NCBI GenBank assembly: GCA_963711045.1
Contig: CAVQCM010000002.1
Location: 12,218-76,217, forward strand
Origin: an uncultured bacterium
GTDB lineage: Bacteria; Babelota; Babeliae; Babelales; Babelaceae
Direction of reading: 5' to 3'
DNA length: 64,000 nt
Part shown: positions 19,012-27,677 of the stretch, one piece after another
Position numbering within the stretch: the first letter of the stretch is position 1
Layout: each line of letters starts with the position of its first letter
Translations under genes and position numbers: made by a program
Notes under the pieces: model-generated
Told to the model about the DNA's origin: nothing
The model's database searches: none
Seen by the model: the letters and a program-made list of their open reading frames with translations, nothing else

Positions 19012-20526
19012 ATGGAATGGTTATATATAGGTATATTAGCAGCATTTGGTGCTGCAATGTTATTTGGGTATATTATTGGACTGCGTACGTTATTGCGTCC
19101 TATATTTGGTGATTTTGAGCCTGAAGAGCTTACCAAGTTCCTCTTGCTCGGTATTATTTTTGGCCTCATTATTGGGGTCTACTGGACATTGCGTCCTTTG
19201 AAGGATGCTTTGTTTCAGGATATTGTGGGCGGTATTTATCAGCCTCAAGCTAAGCTCTGGTCACTGGTGGTTATTTTCCCTCTAGTTATGATCTACAGCT
19301 TTATTGTTGATAAACTGTCTCGTAAGAATCTATTTTACGTAATGTCTGCAATCTATGGTACGGCAACGCTTGTCATAGCTTGGTACTTCTTTGATCCAGT
19401 TCATGGCCTTGCAAACACTATCGCATCTCCTGATCGTTGGATTGGATGGATATGGTACTGGTTTGTTGAAAGTTTTGGATCGCTTATCATTGCATTATTC
19501 TGGGCATTTGCTACAGATATTACCTCAGCGGAATCTGCAAAAAAAGGCTTCTTCTTTGTTATTATGCTTGGGCAGGTAGGAGGTATGTTGATTCCTCTTA
19601 TGACGCAAGTTCCAAAACTCTATAATATAAGTAATGCCTATACGGTTGTTGGCTGTGGTCTCTTGATTTTCATGATTATTCCACTTGTTGCCTACTTCTT
19701 AAAAGCGGTGCCACCGTCACAGCTTAAAGGATTTGGTGAGCAGGGCGTAAAAGAGGCGCCACAAGAGGCAGCTCAGAAAGACACTGGTATTCTTTCCTAT
19801 TTCTACAATATCTTCATGAGTTTCTTTGAAGGGTTATGGTTGCTTATTTCAAAACCATATCTTCTTGGTATTTTTGGTGTCATTACCTTCTATGAAGTTA
19901 TCGTAACGATCTTTGACTATATCTTTAAAGTTAAAGCGGAGACAGAGATCCTTGATAAAGCTGAAAAGCTTGCCTTCCTAGGTTCTTATGCCACTCTGAC
20001 CAATGTTGCAACATTCCTGTGTCTTGCATTTGGTATTAGTAAGGTACAAAAAAGACTTGGTCTTACCGCTTCGTTGATGCTTATGCCGGTACTGGTGCTT
20101 CTAGCGGTGGGAGTCTTTAGATTCTTCCCTAATCTGCAGGCACTGTTCTGGTTGATGGTACTTTCTAAAGCAGTGAACTATGCGTTGAATAGTCCTTCAC
20201 AGAAGCAACTATATATTCCAACAAGTGAACAAGCTCGTTATAAATCTCAAGCATGGATTGAGAGCTTTGGTGGCCGTGGTGCAAAAGCCGGTGGGTCATT
20301 CATTAATAAACAACATGGCGCTATGTTGAGAAACTTAGGACCTGAATGGTCAGATCCAAACTATATGATTACGCATAGGTTTGGGCCAAATGATACGGCA
20401 TCCCTTTGGTACATAGCCGCTGTAAGTTATGGCTTTGTCGGAGTGATCGCGGTATGGCTGGTCGTTGCTTACTTCTTGGGTAGAACCCATAAGAGAGCGA
20501 TTGAAGAAAACCGTTTGGTGTGTTAG
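19012..20526 (+). CDS. nucleotide transporter, TLC/NTT (ADP/ATP translocase) family, copy 1
   Basis: 504 aa, about 12 TM. Family hallmarks: LRPLKDALF near TM1, FWAFATDITSAESAKKGF, SKAVNYALNSPSQKQLYIP. Confidence 0.85.
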   Translation: MEWLYIGILAAFGAAMLFGYIIGLRTLLRPIFGDFEPEELTKFLLLGIIFGLIIGVYWTLRPLKDALFQDIVGGIYQPQAKLWSLVVIFPLVMIYSFIVDKLSRKNLFYVMSAIYGTATLVIAWYFFDPVHGLANTIASPDRWIGWIWYWFVESFGSLIIALFWAFATDITSAESAKKGFFFVIMLGQVGGMLIPLMTQVPKLYNISNAYTVVGCGLLIFMIIPLVAYFLKAVPPSQLKGFGEQGVKEAPQEAAQKDTGILSYFYNIFMSFFEGLWLLISKPYLLGIFGVITFYEVIVTIFDYIFKVKAETEILDKAEKLAFLGSYATLTNVATFLCLAFGISKVQKRLGLTASLMLMPVLVLLAVGVFRFFPNLQALFWLMVLSKAVNYALNSPSQKQLYIPTSEQARYKSQAWIESFGGRGAKAGGSFINKQHGAMLRNLGPEWSDPNYMITHRFGPNDTASLWYIAAVSYGFVGVIAVWLVVAYFLGRTHKRAIEENRLVC

Positions 20527-20537
20527 GAGTTATGTAT

Positions 20538-20569
20538 GCAAGGCCTTTGAAAAAAGGCCTTGCTTTTTT
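20538..20569 (+). terminator. intrinsic terminator between the two NTT genes
   Basis: GCAAGGCCTTT-gaaa-AAAGGCCTTGC followed by TTTTTT. Confidence 0.7.
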
Positions 20570-20590
20570 ATAAGGCAATGGGGGTTAATA

Positions 20591-22096
20591 ATGACATCAC
20601 ATATCAAGAGATCCGTTAAGAATTTATTAAACGTTGATCCAGGTGAAGCGCGTAAAGTATTATGGTTATGTATCACCTTCTTTTTGCTCATTGGGGCGTA
20701 TACAGTAACCTATGTTCTTAAGGATGCGGTATTTTCAAGTATCGTAGGGTCAGACAGAAAGCTTTGGGCCTATGCCAAAGTACTTTCGATGTTTGTATTG
20801 GTACCAGCAATCTTTTTTCATTCTCGGTTAGTTGATTTAGTACGCCGTCATAGACTTTTGTATATCTATTCGGGGCTTTATACCATATTAGGGTTTATGT
20901 TCGTTATACTCCTTGGTCACCCTACGATTGGGTTGCCAAATAATATTAGTTCACCTACGCGTATATTTGGTTGGATTTTTTACTTTTTTATAGAGCTGTA
21001 TGTACCATTAGTTATAAGTGTTTTCTGGGCCTTTACCAACTCAATTACTAAGCCAAAGTCGGCAAAAAACACCTATCCACTTATGATTGCTTCCTCGAAA
21101 ATGGGCGGTATCTTACTAGCCTTATTAGGATGGAGCATTATTTTGAGTGAATATCTTACTGATGTAGCAACTATTCAGGTCTTACTTGGGTATTCATCAG
21201 TTATTCTTGGCTTGGTGCCGTTTTCAGTATTTTATTTAGTCAATAAGATTCCAAAAAATGAACTCCACGGGTATGAAGCAGGGTATCAATTACGTAAGGA
21301 AAGCAGAAAACATCATCTTGGCAAAAAGAGATCCTTTTTGGAAAGTATTTTCTCGGGACTCACACTTTTATTTGAATATCCCTATGTAATGGGTATTTTT
21401 GCAATGAGCTTTTTTTATGAACTGGTTGGCCAAGCACTTAAGGTAGAAAATATTGTTTTTGCAAAGACGGCCACAACAGATCTTTCTGAATTGACGTCAT
21501 TTTTATTAAAGCAGCAGATTCTGATACATGGTGTAGCATTCATCGTTGTGCTCTTTGGCACCCGGGCTATCATTACCGCCCTTGGTGAACGTCGCTCACT
21601 TCTGCTTATACCAATTATTACTGGGGCATCTATATTAACCTTTGTGATTAATCCTACCTTAACAACGGCAATAGTTGCCTTTGTGGGAGCCAAATCAATT
21701 AATTATGCTTTTGCAAGTCCGTTAATTGAAAGCTTGTATATACCAACGATAAAAGAGATACAATTTAAATCTAAGACCTGGATTGATGGATTTGGTAAGA
21801 AGTTCTCCAAAACCTGCGCTTCCTCGTTTAACTATTATATTGATGGGCTAGGTGCCGGTGCGCTTCTTATGGCACAGGCAAGCTTCTTTGGTATCGTTAT
21901 CCTGCTTTGGGGTGTTGCTGCCTACTTACTTGGTTGGCGCCATGAAAGGGCAGTGGCTAATAATGAGGTAATAGGTGCCGAAAATCTTGAGGAAGAACTT
22001 GTAGAGGCTCATGAGACTGAACCACATGACAATAATAGGGCAGCTTTTGTATCCTCTGAAACTAAACAAGGTGCTGCTCAGCGGGATGCTTCTTAG
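20591..22096 (+). CDS. nucleotide transporter, TLC/NTT family, copy 2
   Basis: Start set at ATG 20591 (MTSHIKRSVKNLL...), downstream of the terminator. Paralogous motifs (YVLKDAVF, FWAFTNSITKPKSAKNTY, AKSINYAFASPLIESLYIP). Acidic C-terminal tail. Confidence 0.85.
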   Translation: MTSHIKRSVKNLLNVDPGEARKVLWLCITFFLLIGAYTVTYVLKDAVFSSIVGSDRKLWAYAKVLSMFVLVPAIFFHSRLVDLVRRHRLLYIYSGLYTILGFMFVILLGHPTIGLPNNISSPTRIFGWIFYFFIELYVPLVISVFWAFTNSITKPKSAKNTYPLMIASSKMGGILLALLGWSIILSEYLTDVATIQVLLGYSSVILGLVPFSVFYLVNKIPKNELHGYEAGYQLRKESRKHHLGKKRSFLESIFSGLTLLFEYPYVMGIFAMSFFYELVGQALKVENIVFAKTATTDLSELTSFLLKQQILIHGVAFIVVLFGTRAIITALGERRSLLLIPIITGASILTFVINPTLTTAIVAFVGAKSINYAFASPLIESLYIPTIKEIQFKSKTWIDGFGKKFSKTCASSFNYYIDGLGAGALLMAQASFFGIVILLWGVAAYLLGWRHERAVANNEVIGAENLEEELVEAHETEPHDNNRAAFVSSETKQGAAQRDAS

Positions 22097-22294
22097 CAAA
22101 CTTCGTAGAGATTTTCTGGGGCTAGTTAACAGTTGTGTTGATTTTGCTTAAAATTGCTTACATATTGCCACTATGGTTACTTTTATTAGCATAGGAAAAG
22201 AAGCAAGGACCCTTCATAATCCCAACGAAGCATTGTCTGCGGAGATACTCCGGCGTATAGTTGTAGGTCGATACATTTCTGCAGGAGGCGATAG

Positions 22295-22322
22295 TTGCAT
22301 TGGCCCTAGATTCTGGTATACT
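22295..22322 (+). promoter_or_regulatory. candidate promoter of rpsB (extended -10)
   Basis: TTGCAT, 16 nt spacer, TATACT, with TGg immediately upstream of the -10. About 108 nt upstream of the rpsB ATG. Confidence 0.4.
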
Positions 22323-22429
22323 AGTACTAGTTTATATCTTGTCACTTATTTTCCAAAACAGGGTGGTTGAGGGTCTTTTTTCAAGATCAAGCCGGAAAAT
22401 AATTGCTATAACCCTGAGGAGTATATATC

Positions 22430-23428
22430 ATGATCGATTTAAAAGTATTAATTAAGAATGGTGTTCACTTTGGTCACCAAACGGCCCGTTGGTCTCCAAA
22501 AATGGCGCCCTATATTTGGGGCTTCAAGGATGGTATTCATCTGATAGATGTAATGAAAACGGCGCGTTGCCTTGAGAATGCTGCTACGTTTTTAGAATCA
22601 GTTGCTGCTGAAGGAAAAACGATTTTATTTGTGGGTACAAAAAAAGCTGCTCGAGATGCTGTGCGCTCAGTTGCTGATGAACTACATTTGCCTTATGTAA
22701 TTCATAGATGGGTTGGTGGAACGTTTACCAATTATCGTCAGGTACGTAAAGCGATCCATAACTTACAAAACTATGAAGAAATTCTTGAAAAGTCAGCAAG
22801 CTCGCACTACACCAAAAAAGAACTTAATTTGCTTAAAAAGCGTGCAGGCCGCCTTGAAAATATTGTTGGTGGTATTCGTACGTTGTCATGGCCAGTTGGT
22901 GCGGTAGTTGTTGTTGATGCAAAAAAAGAAAGCGTGGTTGTAAAAGAAGCAAAAGCCTCTGGTATACCAGTCGTTGGGCTTGTTGATACAAACACTGATC
23001 CTACGGATATTGATTATGTTATTCCTGCCAATGATGATTCACCTCGCTCTATTGGTTTACTGATGAGCTATTTAGGTGAAGCTATCGTTCGTGGTCAGAA
23101 GGAAGCAGCTAAGAAGCCAAAACAGAAAGTAGAGGTAGCTGAAACTATTGTGGAAACTCTCTATGATGAAGAGCCAGATGATACACATGGTAAGAAGAAG
23201 CGTAAATTAGCACCTAAGAAAAAACCTGCTCTAAAAAAAGAAGCAGATGAAGAGGTTGAGCTAAAAAAAGAAAAGAAAGCTTTAGCAAAGAAAGACACAG
23301 CAAAGATGAAGGCTCCAACTAACGAGGAGCCAGGTCTCACCCCTGCAAAAGCAAACGCTGATGAAAAGACAGCGACCACAACAAAAAAGTCGTCAGGTAG
23401 TTCAGCTAAGGTGAAAGCCGCTGAATAA
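22430..23428 (+). CDS. rpsB: 30S ribosomal protein S2 with long Lys/Ala/Glu-rich C-terminal extension
   Basis: N-terminal ~235 aa is canonical S2 (LIKNGVHFGHQTARWSPKM, VDTNTDPTDIDYVIPANDDS). It is followed by a ~95-aa low-complexity tail (KKPKQK...KKKRKLAPKKKPALKKE...). Confidence 0.9.
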   Translation: MIDLKVLIKNGVHFGHQTARWSPKMAPYIWGFKDGIHLIDVMKTARCLENAATFLESVAAEGKTILFVGTKKAARDAVRSVADELHLPYVIHRWVGGTFTNYRQVRKAIHNLQNYEEILEKSASSHYTKKELNLLKKRAGRLENIVGGIRTLSWPVGAVVVVDAKKESVVVKEAKASGIPVVGLVDTNTDPTDIDYVIPANDDSPRSIGLLMSYLGEAIVRGQKEAAKKPKQKVEVAETIVETLYDEEPDDTHGKKKRKLAPKKKPALKKEADEEVELKKEKKALAKKDTAKMKAPTNEEPGLTPAKANADEKTATTTKKSSGSSAKVKAAE

Positions 23429-23435
23429 TTTTTGT

Positions 23436-23528
23436 GGAGAGGTGTCTGAGTGGCTGAAGGAGCGTGATTGGAAATCGCGTATATCCCCAAAAGGGGTATC
23501 GAGGGTTCGAATCCCTCTCTCTCCACCA
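23436..23528 (+). tRNA. tRNA-Ser (anticodon GGA), type II, encoded CCA
   Basis: GGAGAGGTGTCTGAGTGGCTGAAGGAGCGTGATTGGAAATCGCG...GGTTCGAATCCCTCTCTCTCCACCA. Anticodon loop TTGGAAA and a long variable arm. Confidence 0.9.
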
Positions 23529-23532
23529 TAAG

Positions 23533-23620
23533 TATAGGAAGCCTATAAAGAATACCTATTTTAATCTGTCAGGTCCGAAAGGAAGCAGCAGGAAGTAGGC
23601 GTTCTTGTATAGGCTTCCTT
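23533..23620 (+). ncRNA. ffs: small (4.5S-type) SRP RNA
   Basis: Contains the conserved domain IV core CUGUCAGGUCCGAAAGGAAGCAGC with a GNRA tetraloop. Closed by a perfect 12-bp helix (23536-23547 with 23608-23619) and followed by a T-run. Confidence 0.8.
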
Positions 23621-23798
23621 TTTTGATGCAGCACAGAGCTTCACTAAGCAATAGGCTCTATTAATTGAGCCAATATACTTGTTTCTGTTAATTAAACAGC
23701 CATTAGGATTCTTTATGCACCTCAGCTTGCTAGGGCTTTTCAAGTTCTTGGCTTCTTAGTGTAATTTTTATCAAAAATAGTGAAGCTTTTTTGGAGAG

Positions 23799-23847
23799 AT
23801 ACAGCTGGCTATGGTTTTTTATTTCCAGCTGTATTTTTGTTTTTTTT
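23799..23847 (+). terminator. terminator-like hairpin with no annotated upstream gene
   Basis: 10-bp stem ATACAGCTGG/CCAGCTGTAT with a 16-nt loop, followed by TTTTGTTTTTTTT. Confidence 0.3.
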
Positions 23848-24312
23848 GCATTATTCAGCTGAAAATAACATTTGTTTGTTCATAGGATTTTTTTAAGCAA
23901 CTTATTGTTGATTGAGATTGCAAAAAATATTTATTGGAGGTGGATTTCAGGGCAAGTAAAGCAGAATTTGTTATGGTGGGCAGGCAACGTGTAGGAAAAG
24001 CTTACTTATATAATACGTTAAGGTTGAATGTGCGATATAAAGAGGTGGCTTCTGCTGACAAAACGTTAGACGCAGCCGCTCATCGTGCCCTTGGTCTGAT
24101 TGTACATAAAGACTATACCCAAATTCTCAAAGATCAAGGAATAAGGTCGATCTGGTTCTTTTGGCGTTGCTTGTAAAGGTAAGAACGTCTTGGTTAAAAC
24201 AGCTGAACTTGCGTAAGCTTTTTCTTGTTTAGGACTAACGTGAAATCATTTTTTATAGTATACTAGAACTATCTCTTGTTAACGTCATATCATTAGTTTT
24301 TAAGGAAGTTTG

Positions 24313-26349
24313 ATGAATTTAAATCTAGCTCGTAAATGGCGTTCAAAGCAGTTTGATGAGATTGTTGGACAACAACTTGCCGTTCGTCTTGTTAAAAATA
24401 GTTTATATCGGAACCTGTTATTTCCGGTCTATTTGTTATCGGGTACCAGAGGAACTGGTAAAACAAGTACGGGTCGTATATTTGCGGCAGCACTAAATTG
24501 TAGTAAGCTTGCTGATTTTCAACAAGACCCACGAAATGTGGTTGTTCCCTGTCTTTTCTGTGATTCATGTAGTGCAATGCTCCAAGCTAATCATCCTGAC
24601 TTTATTGAAATTGATGCGGCATCTCATACTGGGGTAGATAATGTACGACAGATCATAGATGCTGCTTCATTTGTGCCAGTTCTTGGCAAAAAAAAGATTT
24701 ACTTGATTGATGAAGCTCATATGCTCAGTAAAGCTGCCTTTAATGCTTTTTTAAAGATTCTTGAAGAACCACCACCTTCGGTGGTTTTTATGCTAGCGAC
24801 TACTGATCCGCATAAAATTATACCAACGGTACTATCTCGCTGTTTTCAGCTCTTTTTTGAACCGATTAAGCCAATGCAAGTAGTGCACCATTTACAGTAT
24901 ATTTGTGAGCAAGAGAACTTACCAGCTGATCCTGATGCATTGCTGTTAATTGCCCAAGAAACTGAAGGTTCTATGCGGGATGCGTTAAATTTACTTGAAC
25001 GCCTGAGAGCATTGCCTGAAGTACTGAATACCTCTGATAAGCCGGCAGTTATTACCAAGGGAGCAGTAATACATTTGTTAGGGAGCATCGATGAAGATAG
25101 ATTAGCAACGGTACTGCTTGCCGTAGCATCTCAAGACTCATCACGAGTGCTCGCTACAATTGAGCAAGCAGAACTTATGCGGTTCAATCCAAGCACTATC
25201 TGGAAAAAGCTTGTTGAAACCCTCAGAAGATCGCTCTGGCTTAAGCAGGGAATTAGCCCTGACGATGCGCCAGTATCAGAGCAATTACACGCTTTTATTG
25301 CCGCTATCGATTATCAGCGTTTAATTACGTTACTTGATTTATGTTACACCTATGAGCTGTCATTTGCAAAGACGGCAGTTCCTCATACTATGCTAGAAGT
25401 GCTTCTTCTTAAAATGACTACCGCCGGTGGCCCTCAGATGACGGCTGCCCCGCCGCCGGCAAAGATGGCATCGCCTAAACCACCAACAGCTCCGGTAAAA
25501 CAAACTACTAAAGTTGCTGCAAGACAAGAGCCGGTCATCCCTGTAGTATCTAAGACACCTGTTACTCAACAACCAGCTCCGGTACAGCAGACTACTAAAG
25601 CACTGGCACCTCAAGGTCCGGTTATCCCAGGTGCCGCAGCATCTAAAAGGGCATCCGTTGCTCAACAACCTATAGCTCCACTGCAACAGTCTACTAAACC
25701 AGTGGAAACTCAAGAGCCAGTTATTCCTGGTGCTACAGCATCTAAGAGTAGTGCTAACCCTGCAGTACCTGTACAACAGGCTCAGCAATCAGTTCAGAAA
25801 CCACAACCAACAGTAGTAGATCAAAAGAAAACTCAGTCTACTATTTCTTCGCAGTCTTCTTCTGCTACAGAGTCGCAAGACAGTAAATGGTCACAATGTC
25901 TGTCTGAACTAGAAGGGCTTTCAGATCCTCTTGTTATCAGCATTTTTAAGCAGGCTGCTAATGTTTCTGCCAAAGAGGGAAAACTTACGATGAACTTTGC
26001 TCAAGATTTATTGTTTTTTGGTGACTGGCTTAATAATACACAAAAGATATGGCAGCCAATTATTGCTACTTACTATGGGGCTGGTACCCAGGTCATTCCA
26101 CAGTTTACCGGGCCTTCTACAAAGAAAAAACATCCTGCTCCTCCCGTTAGTAAACCTATGAATACACCGCCAGCATCTCAAGAAAAAAGTGCACCGGCAA
26201 AACAGTATGCCCGTAAACCGCAAACGGCAAAGCCGGCAGGAAAGCAGGTATCAGCTGAAGACGTAAAGCATCTTGAAACGAGTACGATGATTATGGAGAC
26301 CTTTCAAGGGACCCTACGTGTTGAGAATCTTCCTAAGGAGAGTGCATGA
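24313..26349 (+). CDS. dnaX: DNA polymerase III subunit gamma/tau
   Basis: AAGGA Shine-Dalgarno sequence. Walker A GTRGTGKTS, zinc module CLFCDSC, Walker B IYLIDEAHML, SRC motif (LSRC). Long Pro/Gln-rich linker and a C-terminal tau-like domain. Confidence 0.9.
   Translation: MNLNLARKWRSKQFDEIVGQQLAVRLVKNSLYRNLLFPVYLLSGTRGTGKTSTGRIFAAALNCSKLADFQQDPRNVVVPCLFCDSCSAMLQANHPDFIEIDAASHTGVDNVRQIIDAASFVPVLGKKKIYLIDEAHMLSKAAFNAFLKILEEPPPSVVFMLATTDPHKIIPTVLSRCFQLFFEPIKPMQVVHHLQYICEQENLPADPDALLLIAQETEGSMRDALNLLERLRALPEVLNTSDKPAVITKGAVIHLLGSIDEDRLATVLLAVASQDSSRVLATIEQAELMRFNPSTIWKKLVETLRRSLWLKQGISPDDAPVSEQLHAFIAAIDYQRLITLLDLCYTYELSFAKTAVPHTMLEVLLLKMTTAGGPQMTAAPPPAKMASPKPPTAPVKQTTKVAARQEPVIPVVSKTPVTQQPAPVQQTTKALAPQGPVIPGAAASKRASVAQQPIAPLQQSTKPVETQEPVIPGATASKSSANPAVPVQQAQQSVQKPQPTVVDQKKTQSTISSQSSSATESQDSKWSQCLSELEGLSDPLVISIFKQAANVSAKEGKLTMNFAQDLLFFGDWLNNTQKIWQPIIATYYGAGTQVIPQFTGPSTKKKHPAPPVSKPMNTPPASQEKSAPAKQYARKPQTAKPAGKQVSAEDVKHLETSTMIMETFQGTLRVENLPKESA
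25495..25788 (+). repeat. in-frame tandem repeat (3 units of 87-99 nt) inside dnaX linker
   Basis: Units begin V(K/Q)Q(T/S)TK and contain (E/G)PVIP(V/G). VKQTTKVAARQEPVIPVV..., VQQTTKALAPQGPVIPGA..., LQQSTKPVETQEPVIPGA... Confidence 0.6.
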
Positions 26350-27677
26350 GTACAAAAGCACAAGTAATGATTGTAGGACGTGTCAACGTAGGTAAGTCAA
26401 CCTTATTCAACCGACTTACCGAGCGCGTTAAAAGTATTACCCTTGATTATGAAGGTGTTACGCGTGACTTTCTTAGAGAGGAAATTGCCTGGAAAGATGC
26501 TCTCTTTGATCTCATCGATACGGGTGGTATTCATCTAAAAAAAACACACGATCCCTTATTTGAAGCTATGCGTAAACAGGTTCTTGATCTTGTTGCTCGG
26601 GCTGATGTAATAATCTTTATGGTTGATGGTACTGTTGGTGTTCTTCCTGAAGATAGAGAAATTGCTAAATTTATCCATAAGCTTGGTAAACCGGTGATAC
26701 TTGTGGTGAATAAAATAGATAGTAAGCAAGCACAAGAACGCTATTATGAATTTGAACGATTAGGGTTTAAGAGGATGCTTGGCTTATCAGGTGAACATGG
26801 AAAAGGCATTCCCGAACTCTTAGACAACGTGGTTGAGCTTCTTCCAGAGCATGTGTCATATAAGCCCGAGCAAAAGCCTGCCTTCAAGATTATGCTTCTT
26901 GGTAAACCTAATGTCGGTAAATCATCATTAATGAATGCGCTGCTTAATCAAGAACGAGCCATAGTTTCAGAGATTCCAGGGACTACAAGAGAAGCAATTT
27001 CTGAGCAGATCACGTTTTATAAAGAAGCAATAAAAATTACTGATGTACCAGGAATAAGGCGAAAGCGTGCCGTAACGGGCGAATTAGAGCCACTGATGGT
27101 AAAAAGTGCTTTTGATGCACTACGTAAATCTGACATAATACTCCTGTTAATTGATGGTTCATCAGATACGTTGGTAGACCAAGAGCTTAAGTTAGCATTT
27201 TATGTATTTCAAGAGCAGTATAAAGCATTGATTGTGCTTATTAATAAAGCTGATCTTATGGATGAGCACAGTGAAGCTGGGCTTGAACAAAGTTTTGAGG
27301 CATATCATTATTTTATTAAGAAAATTCCGGTGATGAAGATTTCTTGCAAAACAGGAAAAAATGTCGGTCGGGTTTTGCCCCTTATAAAAAAGGTCTGGGA
27401 TCGTGCGAGCCAGCGGTTTGATGATGCTGAACTGCAGCGCTTATTTATTGAAGCTGCCAAGAAAAAACCTTTATATCGCGCTCGAATGCCTTTACTTGTG
27501 TATAAAGTTCGACAAATTCGGACCGCTCCTATTACCATAGAAATGATTGTCAATGAATCACGATGGTTTGGACCTTCACAATTAAGTTTTTTTGAAAATA
27601 TTCTACGTTCAGAGTATGATATGATAGGTGTACCGGTTAAATTTATTGTTCGAAAAGGAAAGGATGTTACAGCATGA
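26346..27677 (+). CDS. der: ribosome-associated GTPase Der/EngA
   Basis: Two tandem G domains (GRVNVGKSTLFN and GKPNVGKSSLMN; NKID and NKAD) plus a KH-like C-terminus. ATGA overlap with the dnaX stop. Confidence 0.9.
   Translation: MSTKAQVMIVGRVNVGKSTLFNRLTERVKSITLDYEGVTRDFLREEIAWKDALFDLIDTGGIHLKKTHDPLFEAMRKQVLDLVARADVIIFMVDGTVGVLPEDREIAKFIHKLGKPVILVVNKIDSKQAQERYYEFERLGFKRMLGLSGEHGKGIPELLDNVVELLPEHVSYKPEQKPAFKIMLLGKPNVGKSSLMNALLNQERAIVSEIPGTTREAISEQITFYKEAIKITDVPGIRRKRAVTGELEPLMVKSAFDALRKSDIILLLIDGSSDTLVDQELKLAFYVFQEQYKALIVLINKADLMDEHSEAGLEQSFEAYHYFIKKIPVMKISCKTGKNVGRVLPLIKKVWDRASQRFDDAELQRLFIEAAKKKPLYRARMPLLVYKVRQIRTAPITIEMIVNESRWFGPSQLSFFENILRSEYDMIGVPVKFIVRKGKDVTA

Noticed and set aside
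20465-20590. The longer ORF-track start (20465) for the second nucleotide transporter, which overlaps the end of the first.
   Set aside because: The extension reads through the terminator hairpin at 20538-20569 and has no transporter-like sequence. ATG 20591 begins the conserved N-terminus.
22173-22370. A 65-aa ORF upstream of rpsB. I also considered a structured RNA (tmRNA, RNase P or 6S) in 22100-22429.
   Set aside because: The ORF has no Shine-Dalgarno sequence, its amino-acid composition is odd, and it is overlapped by the predicted rpsB promoter. I found no tmRNA 5' GGGGCUG / 3' T-arm-CCA pair and no RNase P P4 (GAGGAAAGUCC) signature.
23561-23743. A 60-aa minus-strand ORF.
   Set aside because: It is antisense to, and overlaps, the SRP RNA gene, and shows no coding signals.
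24683-24700. The A-rich run GGCAAAAAAAAGATT in dnaX as a possible gamma/tau programmed -1 frameshift site.
   Set aside because: It encodes the GKKKIY segment just before Walker B, at about residue 125 inside the AAA+ core. This is far upstream of where gamma terminates in known cases. I saw no downstream stem-loop or suitably placed stop.
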